Shown here: one piece after another, positions 52,379 through 64,000 of the stretch
How positions within the stretch are numbered: position 1 is the first letter of the stretch
Layout of the letters: every line of letters starts with the position of its first letter
Source of the DNA: Gammaproteobacteria bacterium
GTDB taxonomy: Bacteria; Pseudomonadota; Gammaproteobacteria; Eutrophobiales; Eutrophobiaceae
Length of the DNA stretch: 64,000 nt
Direction: 5' to 3'
NCBI GenBank assembly: GCA_965215365.1
Contig: CBDCDS010000003.1
Coordinates: 1,568,001 to 1,632,000 of the forward strand
Program-made: the position numbers and the translations under genes
The notes under the pieces: generated by a model
Told to the model about the DNA's origin: nothing
Databases searched by the model: none
The model's input: only the letters and a program-made list of their open reading frames with translations

Positions 52379-53749
52379 TCAACCCAGAGCCAGATAACAC
52401 ACCAAGGTTATCACCACCGCCAGGATCAGGTTCAGCACAAAGCCACCCCGTACCATCTCCCGGATGGTGACGTGGCCGGTGCCGAATACGATGGCGTTGG
52501 GGACGGTGGCGACCGGCAGCATGAAGGCGCAGGAAGCTGACATTGCGGCGGGTATCATCATCAGTTCCGGACTGACCCCCACGGCCAGTGCGGTGGCTGC
52601 GAGGATAGGCATGAGCAAGGTGGTGGTGGCGGTGTTCGAGGTAATTTCCGTCAGGAAGGTCACGCCCAGGCAGATGCACAACAGCAGTAGTGGCAAGGGG
52701 AAGCCTGCCAGCACCACCAGTTGTTGCGCGATCAATTCCGCCAGACCACTGGAAGCAAACGCCTTGGCGATAGTGATGCCACTGGCGAACAACAGCAGCA
52801 TGCCCCAGGGGATGTCCGCGGCCGTTTTCCAGTCGAGCAGGTTATCGCCCTTGCCGGACGGCAGGATAAACATGGCTGTCACCGCGGCCAGCGCCACGGT
52901 GGCATCGCCCACATGCGGTGTGCCCAGCAATCCCGACCAGCCGCCCAGCGGTTCGGCGCGCGTGATCCATAGTACGATAGTAATGCCGAACACGGCCAGC
53001 ACGCGCACTTCGTTCACCTGCCAAGGGGCGGCTGCGGGCAGGTCCAAGGTTTCCTTCCAGGTGACGTTGCGGGTCAACCACAGTGCCATCAACGGCAGGC
53101 CGCACAGGACTACCGGCAAGCCGATCTTCATCCAGTCCAGAAACGAGTATTCCAGGCCGGTGAACTCGGTATAGACGCCCGCAAAAATGATGTTGGGCGG
53201 TGTGCCTATCAGGGTTGCCACGCCGCCCAGCGAGGAGGCATGGGCGAGCCCCAGCACCACGGCAATTGCCAACGTCTTGTCCTCCACCTGTTTCAGCACT
53301 GCCAGTGCGATCGGTATGAGAATCAGGGTGGTGGCCGTATTGCTGATCCACATGGACAGCAAGGACGCAGTGAGCATGAAGGCAAACACAATACGTTTGC
53401 CGCTGCCGCCTACCGTCGTCAGTATTGCTAGGGCGAAGCGCCGGTGCACACCCGATTTTTCCAGCGCCTTCGCCAGCATGAACCCGCCCATCAGCAGCAG
53501 GATCACCGGGCTGCCCAGGCCCGCGGCCGCTTCTCTGTGGGTGAGCACACCGGCCAGCGGAAACGCAAAAAACGGGATTAGCGAGGCCGCCGGTATCGGT
53601 ATGGTTTCCGTTACCCACCAGATCGCAGTAAGCAGGGTAATGGCTGCTGTCACAGCAACGACATACTCAACGCCGGAATGGCGCAACAACAGGCATAACA
53701 AAACTGCCGCCAGCGGGGCGGCGTAGAGCATGATGGAATCGGTTTTCAT
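52379..53749 (-). CDS. SLC13/DASS family Na+:dicarboxylate/sulfate symporter
   Basis: SMWISNTAT, IGTPPN, TEITSNTAT, AFMLPVATVPNAIVFG. Confidence 0.93.
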   Translation of the reverse strand: MKTDSIMLYAAPLAAVLLCLLLRHSGVEYVVAVTAAITLLTAIWWVTETIPIPAASLIPFFAFPLAGVLTHREAAAGLGSPVILLLMGGFMLAKALEKSGVHRRFALAILTTVGGSGKRIVFAFMLTASLLSMWISNTATTLILIPIALAVLKQVEDKTLAIAVVLGLAHASSLGGVATLIGTPPNIIFAGVYTEFTGLEYSFLDWMKIGLPVVLCGLPLMALWLTRNVTWKETLDLPAAAPWQVNEVRVLAVFGITIVLWITRAEPLGGWSGLLGTPHVGDATVALAAVTAMFILPSGKGDNLLDWKTAADIPWGMLLLFASGITIAKAFASSGLAELIAQQLVVLAGFPLPLLLLCICLGVTFLTEITSNTATTTLLMPILAATALAVGVSPELMMIPAAMSASCAFMLPVATVPNAIVFGTGHVTIREMVRGGFVLNLILAVVITLVCYLALG

Positions 53750-53903
53750 TACCAGGACAAATATCCCCGGTTCATCGCTCAGCGCGTCCGCAGGGGGACG
53801 TAACAAATGACGAACAAGGTTTTTTCAACTTTTCCGCAAGCCTTCACCTGGAAGAAACAAAGATATACGCCAGTGCCGCTGACGCCAGCGGCTCGGCAAG
53901 ACA

Positions 53904-54247
53904 GGGAGTCAGCCGGTAAGCCGGGTTCTGTCGAGGACAATCATTCATCTGGGATGTATGTCGCCATACACCTCTTGCAGCCTACCCGGGGACAATGCGG
54001 GCCACATTATCGCCCCCTTATTTGGCCTTGCTCCGGGCGGGGTTTACCCTGCCATGCCTGTTACCAGTCACGCGGTGCGCTCTTACCGCACCATTTCACC
54101 CTTACCAGACAGATGTCCGGCGGTATATTTTCTGTTGCACTTGCCGTCGGCTCGCGCCGCCCAGGAATTACCTGGCGCCCTGCCCATACGGAGCCCGGAC
54201 TTTCCTCTGTCGCAACCGGTGCAACAGCGATTGTCTGGCTGACTCCC
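53904..54247 (-). ncRNA. rnpB: RNase P RNA (type A)
   Basis: Minus strand GGGAGTCAGCCAG...GAGGAAAGTCCGGGCTCC...AGTGCAACAGAAA...GGTAAACCCC...GACAGAACCCGGCTTAC.GGCTGACTCCC, with complementary P1 ends. Confidence 0.97.
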
Positions 54248-54301
54248 GAGTATATAATAGTCCACAGACATAGATTGCGCCACAGACTTTTGCAACAGGC
54301 G

Positions 54302-55456
54302 ATGAATAAAACACCTTTATACGACTTGCACCGGCAGCATGGCGCCCGTTTCACGGACTTTGCCGGTTATACCATGCCGTTGCGATACCGGCGCGGGATC
54401 ATGGCGGAGCATCTGCATACTCGCGCCGCCGCCGGCCTGTTTGATGTCTCCCACATGGGGCAGTTGCGCCTGTCAGGGAATAACGTGGAGCAGGTGCTAG
54501 AGCGAGTGCTCACCGGCGATGTCAGCGCGCTCAAGCCCTACCGACAATGCTATACACTGCTGACCAACGAACAAGGCGGCATTATCGACGACCTGATGTT
54601 GACCCGCACCCCGGACGGCCTGTTGCTGGTGGTGAACGCCGCCCGCCGGGAAACCGACCTTGCCCGGCTCCGGCAGGCGCTGGGCTCCGGCTACGAGGTG
54701 GACCTGTTGCAAGACCGGGCCTTGCTGGCATTACAGGGGCCACAGGCGGCGGCAGTACTGGCTGACCTGTGCCCGGAGTGCGCAACCATGCCGTTTCTGA
54801 GCGCGCTGGAAACCCGCCTCCCCGAGGTGGCCGGAACAGCCCCCGTCGGCATCAGCCGTTGCGGCTACACCGGCGAGGACGGCTTCGAGATTTCCATCCC
54901 CAACCACCGCGCCGCACAACTCGCACAAACCCTGTTGCAGCGCGAGGAAGTGGCATTGATCGGGCTGGGCGCCCGGGATTCGCTGCGCCTAGAAGCGGGG
55001 CTGTGTCTGTACGGCCACGATATTGATGAGACCACATCGCCGGTGGCAGCAGGCCTGATCCGAGTGATTGCGAAAAAATACCGGGACGGCTCGCAGTCGG
55101 CGCGGTTTCCCGGCGCCGAGAAAATCCTCAAGGCCAGGCCCCGGAAAGTGCGCTGTGGCTTCCGGGTCGAAGGCAAGGCGCCGGTACGGGAGGGCGCGGT
55201 GATACTCAATGAGCAGCAGCAGGCAGTGGGCCGGATAACCAGCGGCGGCTTCGGGCCCAGCGTCGGCGCGCCGGTGGCCATGGGGTATGTGGCGCGAGAA
55301 TACGCGGCGCCGGGAACGGCGCTGCAAGTGGAGCTACGCGCGCGTACACATGTCATCCGCAGCGCGCCACTCCCTTTTATCAAACACCGGTATTATCGGC
55401 CGGGGACGGACACATCCCGACCTCACGGGGAACAGACAGAAAATGAGCAAACTTGA
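54302..55456 (+). CDS. gcvT: Glycine cleavage T protein (aminomethyltransferase)
   Basis: [51 protein letters not shown]. Start at the ATG at 54302. Confidence 0.95.
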   Translation: MNKTPLYDLHRQHGARFTDFAGYTMPLRYRRGIMAEHLHTRAAAGLFDVSHMGQLRLSGNNVEQVLERVLTGDVSALKPYRQCYTLLTNEQGGIIDDLMLTRTPDGLLLVVNAARRETDLARLRQALGSGYEVDLLQDRALLALQGPQAAAVLADLCPECATMPFLSALETRLPEVAGTAPVGISRCGYTGEDGFEISIPNHRAAQLAQTLLQREEVALIGLGARDSLRLEAGLCLYGHDIDETTSPVAAGLIRVIAKKYRDGSQSARFPGAEKILKARPRKVRCGFRVEGKAPVREGAVILNEQQQAVGRITSGGFGPSVGAPVAMGYVAREYAAPGTALQVELRARTHVIRSAPLPFIKHRYYRPGTDTSRPHGEQTENEQT

Positions 55457-58325
55457 ACAACTGGAACTGCGCGGCGGTTTCACCCGCCGCCATATCGGCC
55501 CGGACCGGAGGCAGCTGCAGGACATGGCAAGCTACCTGGGCCTGGACGACCTGGAGCAGATTATCGACCGGGCCGTACCCGCGTCGATTCTGTCGAAGCA
55601 ACCGTTGGCGCTGAGCCACAGCATCAGCGAACGCGAGGTCGGCATTCGCCTGCGCCGGATGCGTCGGCGTAACCACGTATTCACATCCATGATCGGTATG
55701 GGCTATCATGACACCATCATGCCGGCGGTGATCAAGCGCAACGTGCTGGAAAACCCGGCCTGGTACACCGCGTATACGCCTTATCAGGCGGAAATCAGCC
55801 AGGGCCGCCTGGAGGCCTTGCTGAACTTCCAGCAGATGATTATCGACCTGACCGGCATGGACATCGCCAATGCCTCCATGCTGGATGAAGCCACCGCCGC
55901 CGCCGAGGCCATGAGCATGGCCCGGCGCGTGGGTCGCAGCAACAGCCTGCTGTTCTTTATTGACCGGGACTGCCATCCGCAGACTATCGCGGTGTTACAG
56001 ACCCGCGCCCGCGGCTTCGGTTACGAGGTCTGCGTAGGGGACCCGTTCACCGAGCTGGCCGGCAAGGACATCTTCGGCGCCCTGCTGCAATACCCCGGCA
56101 GCAGCGGCGAGGTGGCCGACCTGCGCGCGCCCATTGCACAGGCGCATGAGCAGGGCGCCATGGTCACCGTGGCCGCGGATCTCCTAGCGCTGGTGCTGTT
56201 GACGCCGCCCGCCGCCATGGACGCCGACATCGTAGTCGGCAACACCCAGCGTTTCGGGATGCCGATGGGCTACGGTGGGCCTCATGCGGCGTTTTTTGCT
56301 TCCAGGGAAAAGTTCGTGCGCGCCATGCCCGGACGCATCATCGGCGTGTCGGTTGATAACCTGGGCCAGCGCGCGCTGCGCATGGCGCTGCAAACCCGGG
56401 AGCAGCACATACGCCGGGAAAAAGCCACCAGCAATATCTGCACTTCCCAGGTATTGCCCGCAGTCATCGCCAGTTTCTACGCCATCTACTACGGACCCAA
56501 GGAATTGCGCGTGATCGCAGAACGAGTGCATCGTCTGGCTCGACTGCTTGCCGCCGGTCTGCGGCAACTCGGCTACCGGGTTGTCAACCGGCGCTACTTC
56601 GACACCATCAAGGTCCATGCTCCCATCCGTGCCCGACGCATTGCTGCCAAGGCCCGCGCCGCGCAGCTCAACCTGCGCGTGTACGATGCGGATTACCTCG
56701 GCATTGCCCTGGATGAGACTACGACCCGCACCGAACTGGCGGCGGTATGGAAGGTGTTCGCCAGCGGCGCGGAGCAACAACCGGATGTCGATGAGTTGGA
56801 CCGCGAGCTACCGGAATGTCTGCCCGGGGAACTGTTACGCAGCAGCGCCATATTGCGGCATCCCGTGTTTGAGATGTACCACAGCGAGACCGAGATGATG
56901 CGCTACATGCGCTGGCTGGCGCGGCGCGATATTGCCCTGGATCGCGCCATGATTCCGCTCGGTTCCTGCACCATGAAACTGAACGCAGCCACGGAACTGG
57001 AAGCGCTGTCCTACCGGGACTTTAACGCCATCCATCCGTTCGTGCCGCTGGACCAGGCTCAGGGCTACCTGCAGCTGTTCGAGGAACTGGAAGACATGTT
57101 GTGCGACCTCACTGGCTTTAGCGCGTTCTCACTGCAACCCAACGCCGGTTCTCAGGGTGAGTACACCGGTCTGCTGGTGATCCGTAAATACCAGCAACAG
57201 CAGGGCCAGGGCGAACGCAACGTTTGCCTGATCCCGGCCTCGGCGCACGGCACCAACCCGGCCAGTGCCATGATGGTCGGCCTGGAAGTGGTAGTGGTCG
57301 CCTGCGATGAGGCCGGCAATATCGACCTCGACGACTTGCGCACCAAGGCCGCGCGGCATGCCGCGCGGCTGTCCGCCCTGATGGTCACCTACCCGTCCAC
57401 GCACGGTGTCTATGAGACCGGTTTTATTGAGATCTGCGCACTGGTCCATGAGTGCGGCGGCCAGGTTTACCTCGACGGTGCCAACATGAACGCACTGACC
57501 GGCATCTCCCGCCCTGCGGAACTTGGCGCCGATGTCATGCACATCAACCTGCACAAGACCTTTGCCATCCCGCACGGCGGCGGTGGGCCGGGCATGGGGC
57601 CGATCGGCGTGCAACAGCATCTGGCCCCGTTTCTGCCGGATCACCCACTGGTGGAGGGCGTGAACCCGGCTGCCGGCGCGGCCGGCACGGTCGGCACGAT
57701 TGCGGCCGCGCCCTGGGGTTCGGCCAGTATCCTCACCATCTCCTGGGCCTATATTGCCATGATGGGCGCCGACGGCCTGCGTCGAGCAACGCTGGTGGCC
57801 ATCCTCAACGCCAACTATATTGCCGCGCGCCTGCGCCCGCATTACCCAATTCTGTACACCGGCAAGAACGGCATGGTTGCCCACGAGTGCATACTGGATC
57901 TGCGTCCCATCCGCCAGGGTTGTCATATCACCGTGGATGATATTGCCAAACGCCTGGTGGATTACGGCTTCCATGCCCCCACCATGTCCTTCCCGGTGCC
58001 CGATACCCTGATGATTGAACCCACGGAAAGCGAAAACAAGCGCGAGCTGGATCGCTTCTGCGATGCCATGATAGCCATCCGCGCGGAGATTGCCAGAGTC
58101 GAACGGGGCGAATGGGAACAGGACAACAACCCGCTTAAAAACGCGCCGCACACGCACCGGTTGCTGCTTGAACCGGAATGGACTATGCCCTACAGTAAAC
58201 AGCAGGCGTTCTATCCCATGGATACCCTCCGCGACGACAAATACTGGCCGCCGGTCAGCCGGGTGGACAACCTGCACGGCGACCGGAATTTATTCTGCAG
58301 TTGCCCGTTGCCGGAGGAGTATTAA
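55443..58325 (+). CDS. gcvP: Glycine dehydrogenase (P protein, single chain)
   Basis: [56 protein letters not shown]. Confidence 0.97.
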   Translation: MSKLEQLELRGGFTRRHIGPDRRQLQDMASYLGLDDLEQIIDRAVPASILSKQPLALSHSISEREVGIRLRRMRRRNHVFTSMIGMGYHDTIMPAVIKRNVLENPAWYTAYTPYQAEISQGRLEALLNFQQMIIDLTGMDIANASMLDEATAAAEAMSMARRVGRSNSLLFFIDRDCHPQTIAVLQTRARGFGYEVCVGDPFTELAGKDIFGALLQYPGSSGEVADLRAPIAQAHEQGAMVTVAADLLALVLLTPPAAMDADIVVGNTQRFGMPMGYGGPHAAFFASREKFVRAMPGRIIGVSVDNLGQRALRMALQTREQHIRREKATSNICTSQVLPAVIASFYAIYYGPKELRVIAERVHRLARLLAAGLRQLGYRVVNRRYFDTIKVHAPIRARRIAAKARAAQLNLRVYDADYLGIALDETTTRTELAAVWKVFASGAEQQPDVDELDRELPECLPGELLRSSAILRHPVFEMYHSETEMMRYMRWLARRDIALDRAMIPLGSCTMKLNAATELEALSYRDFNAIHPFVPLDQAQGYLQLFEELEDMLCDLTGFSAFSLQPNAGSQGEYTGLLVIRKYQQQQGQGERNVCLIPASAHGTNPASAMMVGLEVVVVACDEAGNIDLDDLRTKAARHAARLSALMVTYPSTHGVYETGFIEICALVHECGGQVYLDGANMNALTGISRPAELGADVMHINLHKTFAIPHGGGGPGMGPIGVQQHLAPFLPDHPLVEGVNPAAGAAGTVGTIAAAPWGSASILTISWAYIAMMGADGLRRATLVAILNANYIAARLRPHYPILYTGKNGMVAHECILDLRPIRQGCHITVDDIAKRLVDYGFHAPTMSFPVPDTLMIEPTESENKRELDRFCDAMIAIRAEIARVERGEWEQDNNPLKNAPHTHRLLLEPEWTMPYSKQQAFYPMDTLRDDKYWPPVSRVDNLHGDRNLFCSCPLPEEY

Positions 58326-59188
58326 CCCGCATCTTCCTCCTTGCCCAAACTGACAGCCAGATCATATACTTCGTTCCTGCCGACGCCGCTGAGTTCGGTG
58401 GCAACGGACACGGCCTGTTTCAGGCGCAAAGATGCGAGCAGGACTTGCAACAAACGGGTGAGTTCAGCCTTGTCGGTGTGTTGTTGCTCTGCGCCGGCGA
58501 TGATCACCACAAACTCGCCCCGGCTCTGGTCCGGGTCCTGCTCCATCCAGTTGAGCAACCCGCCCAGCGTTCCCCGGCATACAGTTTCAAACTGCTTGGT
58601 CAGTTCCCGGGCAATGCAGGCCTCCCGCTGCGCGCCAAGGAGCGACGCAGCATCGGCCACGAAGGCCTTGATCCGGTGCGGGGCCTCATAAAAGACCAGG
58701 GTATGGGTCACGCCGGCCAGCTCTGACAGGCGCTTGCGCCGGGCTTGCTGCCGGGCTGGGGCAAAACCCTCGAACAGGAATTTATCGGGTGAGATACCGG
58801 CGCAGGACAACGCTGCAATCAGCGCACTCGGCCCCGGCGCCGGCGTGACCGGGATACCCCGTGCATGGGCTTGCCGCACCAGTTTGAAACCGGGGTCGCT
58901 GATTAACGGGGTGCCGGCATCGGTAATCATGGCCATGCTCTCGCCGTTGCCCAGACGTTCGACGATGCGCGGGGTCATGCGCGCCTCGTTGTGGTCATGG
59001 AAAGCCAGCATTTGGGTGCGGATATCGAACGCGCGTAACAGTCCGGCGCTGTGGCGCGTGTCTTCCGCCAGAATCAGGTCAACACCGGTCAGGATTCTCT
59101 GCGCGCGCGGGCTCAAATCCTCAAGATTGCCAATCGGTGTTGCTACGATGTACAAGACGCCGGGAGCGCCGGCGGTATGCTTTGCCAT
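58322..59188 (-). CDS. rsmI: 16S rRNA C1402 2'-O-methyltransferase
   Basis: [43 protein letters not shown]. Confidence 0.97.
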   Translation of the reverse strand: MAKHTAGAPGVLYIVATPIGNLEDLSPRAQRILTGVDLILAEDTRHSAGLLRAFDIRTQMLAFHDHNEARMTPRIVERLGNGESMAMITDAGTPLISDPGFKLVRQAHARGIPVTPAPGPSALIAALSCAGISPDKFLFEGFAPARQQARRKRLSELAGVTHTLVFYEAPHRIKAFVADAASLLGAQREACIARELTKQFETVCRGTLGGLLNWMEQDPDQSRGEFVVIIAGAEQQHTDKAELTRLLQVLLASLRLKQAVSVATELSGVGRNEVYDLAVSLGKEEDAG

Positions 59189-59230
59189 TTTGCGAAAGAT
59201 TTAATTTGCTGGAGACTATAGAATACGGCC

Positions 59231-60803
59231 ATGCCCGTGTTTCTTCAAATTCTACTCAGTGTCATGCTGTTACAGGGTTGTACACTTGACCTCAGGGAGT
59301 CCCCACAGCCGACCCCGGCTGAACCGACTGGCAGCCGGGCACAAGACGACCGGCGCCGGCAGGCGCAACAATATCTGGCGCGGGCGCTGGAGTATGAACG
59401 ACAGCAGGATTTCCTCAATGCCGCGCAGGCGCGCTTCAGCTACCACAAGTACCTCGATGACAGTGTCGCAAGCAAGGTCAATACGGCCAAAATATGGGAA
59501 AACCTGAACCGGGCCGACAAACAGGCGTTGCGCCGGCGCTACCAGACGGCGCCGGGCGCCTTGTCCGGCTGGGTTGAGCTTGCGTTTATCAGACGCACTC
59601 TGCTCACAGACCTGAAGACACTGGAACGGGCGCTGAGGGCCTGGCAACAGAACTACCCGGCGCATCCTGCCAACTTCACCATCGTCGGGCAACTGCGCGA
59701 GACCGCGCTACGCATCAACACGCGCCCGCAACAGATAGCCCTGCTGCTACCCTTGCGCGGGGTGCTACGGGAGGCGGCGGCCGCGGTCAGGGACGGTTTT
59801 ATGACGGCCTGGTATCATTCCGGCCACTACCAGCCGTTGCTCAGAGTCTATGAAGCCAACTCGCTGAATATCGATCAAGCCTATGCGCAAGCGCTGACGG
59901 AAGGCGCCGATTTTATTGTCGGGCCGTTGGAAAAACAGGCCTTGACCCGGCTCGCCGCAGCCAACCGCCTGACCGCGCCGACGCTGGCCCTGAACCGGAT
60001 TGAGGTCGTGCCGGAAGCGGCGCGGCGCACGCCGGACGCGTTACTGCCGACGCTGATGCAATTCAGCCTGTCACCGGAAGATGAGGCGCGTCAAGCCGCG
60101 GCGCGGGCCTACACGGACGGCTACGACCGGGCACTGGTTATCGTTCCTGATGACTCATGGGGGCAGCGCTTAGCCGGCGCGTTCCGTGACAGCTGGACTG
60201 CGGCCGGCGCGGTCATACTCGAAACCGTCAACTATGATCCTCGCAACAACGACTATGCCGGGCCAGTGAAACAGGCGCTGAACATTGATGCCAGCGAGGT
60301 TCGGATACAGACGCTCCGACGTGTGCTCGGCCGCAGCTTGGAGTCCCGCCCGCGCTGGCGTCAGGATGCCGATGTGGTCTTCATGGCCGCGTTTCCCGCG
60401 GACGCGCGCCAGATAGTGCCGCAATTACGCTTTTATCAGGCCGGACGACTCCCCGTCTATGCCACCTCGCATATTTTTACCGGCAACGTAAACCCACAAG
60501 CCGACGCCGACATGGAGGGGGTGATATTTCCTGATTTACCCTGGGTGTTAGCCGCCGATACGCAGACACAGGCGTTGCGCGCGCAGGTCAACGACAATTT
60601 TCAGGCGGCCGCATCCGCCTACCTGCGTCTGTACGCGTTGGGCACTGACGCGTTCAACCTGATTCCTCAGCTGGCGCGTTTGGCCTATGAGGATGAGGCC
60701 AGTTTCAGCGGCGCCACCGGCCGGCTCAGCATGTCGGCGGACGGGGTCATCACCAGGACACTGCCCTGGGGTAAAATCGTCAACGGCCGACCGGAGCTGT
60801 CAG

Positions 60804-60814
<11 letters not shown>
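59231..60814 (+). CDS. lpoA: Penicillin-binding protein activator LpoA/LppC
   Basis: Lipobox LQGC, W...YP.HPA, IALLLPL.G, IVGPL.K, RLYALG.DA; rsmI-lpoA-yraN synteny. Confidence 0.9.
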
Positions 60815-62387
<1,573 letters not shown>

Positions 62388-62410
62388 GGTGTGTGCCCAT
62401 CCCTCCCCAA

Positions 62411-63049
62411 TCAGATCTTCGGGCTCTGCCTCATGGCGCGTTCCGGGTCAGTCAGGCTGGCTCGGAAAGCCGTGCGTTTGAACAATGAGCGCATGTATTT
62501 CCGCAGGCCACGGGCGTCTGTGGGCAGTTTGATATTGAACGCGTCCAGACGCCACAGCAGGGGCGCTATACAGCAATCCACCAGGGTAAATTCTTCCGAC
62601 ATGAAATAGGGCATATTGGCGAACACCGGTTCGAGTTCCGTCAGTCTGGCACGCAGGTTTTTCCTAGCGCTAGCGGCGGCAATTTCATTGTCGCCGTCCA
62701 GCGCCAGGGCCGGTTCATACAGGTCGCGCGCAATGCGGTAGCGCAATTGTCGGTTCATGGCCTTGGACATGGGGTCAACCGGCATCAGCGGCGGATGCGG
62801 GAAACGTTCATCTAAGTATTCGAGTATGATTTGGGTGTCGTACAGGGCCAGCTCGCGATCCACTAGGGTAGGCGTGGTCGCATACGGATTGACTTCCGCC
62901 AGACGTTCCGGGACGGTGTCCTCATCGACATACCTGATGTCGGTTTCCACATCCTTCTCCGCCAGCGTCAGGCGGATGCAGTGGCTGTACAGATCGGCCC
63001 GGTCCGAATACAGCACGACTATCGGGCCGCCGTTGAGCAAGTTCGTCAT
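62411..63049 (-). CDS. sspA: Stringent starvation protein A (GST-like)
   Basis: SH..R..LAEK, NPY...PTLVDR.L.LY, EYLDERFPHPPLMPV; downstream of petC. Confidence 0.95.
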   Translation of the reverse strand: MTNLLNGGPIVVLYSDRADLYSHCIRLTLAEKDVETDIRYVDEDTVPERLAEVNPYATTPTLVDRELALYDTQIILEYLDERFPHPPLMPVDPMSKAMNRQLRYRIARDLYEPALALDGDNEIAAASARKNLRARLTELEPVFANMPYFMSEEFTLVDCCIAPLLWRLDAFNIKLPTDARGLRKYMRSLFKRTAFRASLTDPERAMRQSPKI

Positions 63050-63867
63050 TTCACGTCTCGCCAGTACTCGCGCTTGAGCAGATAGACGAGCGCCAGCAAT
63101 ATCAGCAGGTAAACGATGACCCAGGCGCCGATGGTATTGCGCTTGAGCTTGATGGGCTCACCTAAGTAAACCATGAAGTTGACCAGATCGCGCACGGTTT
63201 CTGCATAGGGTTCGTCCTGGTAGGGCGCTGGTTTGTGCTGTGGTTCGGTGACTACTTCAAGGTAGTCGATGACCCGGGTGATCCTGCCATCGTCGTGAAC
63301 TTGCTCTTTGTAAACAGGTTCCTGCCAGCCCTGCAGCTCCCACAACACATGCGGCATGGCGGTGTCGGGGAAAGCCAGATTGTTGACACCGGTGGGGCGG
63401 GAGGTGTCCCGATAGAACGTCATCAGGTAGGTGTGTAACCAGTCGGCGCCGCGAGAACGGGCAGTCACCGACAGGTCGGGCGGGACGATGCCGAAGTATT
63501 GTTCCGCTTCCGTCCTGTTCAAGGCGACCGTCATGGTGTCGCCGGTCTTGTCGGTGCCGAACATGAAATTTTCCTTGAGCACACTCTCGCTGATGTTCAG
63601 GTCCTGACCCAGACGGTTATAGCGCATGAACGCCGCAGAATGACAACTCAGGCAGTAGTTGACAAAGGTACGGGCACCGCGTTGCAATGACTTGCGGTCA
63701 GACAGGTCAACCTCGGCGTGCATCAGGTCATCGCCGCCGCCGGCTGTCCAGCCAGGGCCGGCAACCAGCAGTAACAGCAGGACAAGGCCACCTCCAAAAA
63801 TTAGAGGTGGCCGTGCGCAGACCAGATTCCACCCGTGCCGGGAATCCACTGTACACCGGGCACTCAT
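63046..63867 (-). CDS. petC: Cytochrome c1
   Basis: SLQRGA..F.NYCLSCH, PPDLS..ARSRG.DW, MPHVL, C-terminal TM and KREYWRDV. ATGA overlap with the petB stop. Confidence 0.95.
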   Translation of the reverse strand: MSARCTVDSRHGWNLVCARPPLIFGGGLVLLLLLVAGPGWTAGGGDDLMHAEVDLSDRKSLQRGARTFVNYCLSCHSAAFMRYNRLGQDLNISESVLKENFMFGTDKTGDTMTVALNRTEAEQYFGIVPPDLSVTARSRGADWLHTYLMTFYRDTSRPTGVNNLAFPDTAMPHVLWELQGWQEPVYKEQVHDDGRITRVIDYLEVVTEPQHKPAPYQDEPYAETVRDLVNFMVYLGEPIKLKRNTIGAWVIVYLLILLALVYLLKREYWRDVK

Positions 63868-64000
63868 GTCAACCGCTCCGGCACCGGTTTGTCATTGTCA
63901 GTGGCCGTATAGAACGGCATCAGCAGGAAAAACAGGAAATATACTAGGGTGAAAAAGCGCGACATCCAGGTGTAGAGCGTGGTGGGAGCTTGCAGGCCCA
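63864..64000 (-). CDS. petB: Cytochrome b C-terminus (partial)
   Basis: Reads ...PTTLYTWMSRFFTLVYFLFFLLMPFYTATDNDKPVPERLT*. Confidence 0.9.
   Translation of the reverse strand, partial: GLQAPTTLYTWMSRFFTLVYFLFFLLMPFYTATDNDKPVPERLT

Noticed and set aside
53807-54301. 165-aa N-terminal extension of GcvT in the ORF track
   Set aside because: It is the antisense shadow of rnpB; GcvT similarity starts at MNKTPL (54302).

Overview
A GC-rich gammaproteobacterial chromosome segment. The giant adhesin and the sulfur-oxidiser-type Sat suggest a marine host-associated (for example sponge) symbiont, but that is inference. Positions 1-9.2 kb hold a surface-protein island: a 5'-truncated >2400-aa Calx-beta/Ig/FN3 adhesin with an autotransporter-like C-terminus, followed by an RTX Ca-binding protein. 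The rest is mostly housekeeping genes in short, broken synteny blocks: wrbA, proS, hda, purM, prpBC, hemB, glnA-ntrBC, lysA, trxA-rho, groESL with CIRCE, sat, tesA-ybbAP, hemH, prs-rplY-pth-ychF, tRNA-Gln, mtnA, phnW, rmuC, yceI, rnpB, gcvT-gcvP, rsmI-lpoA-yraN-gmhA-dolP and petBC-sspA. Mobile DNA includes two apparently identical IS481 copies (one splits tesA), one ISNCY-like IS, an IS66 relic and an orphan tRNA 3' end (att-like scar). There is also a patchwork of toxin-antitoxin fragments beside a Fic gene. The most striking unexplained structure is two families of short dispersed MITE/REP-like repeats. They sit at many gene junctions, supply stop codons and a possible RBS, nest in each other, and occur in frame inside petC and possibly lysA. 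No CRISPR array, integrase or phage genes were seen. All annotations come from motif recognition only; no database searches were run.
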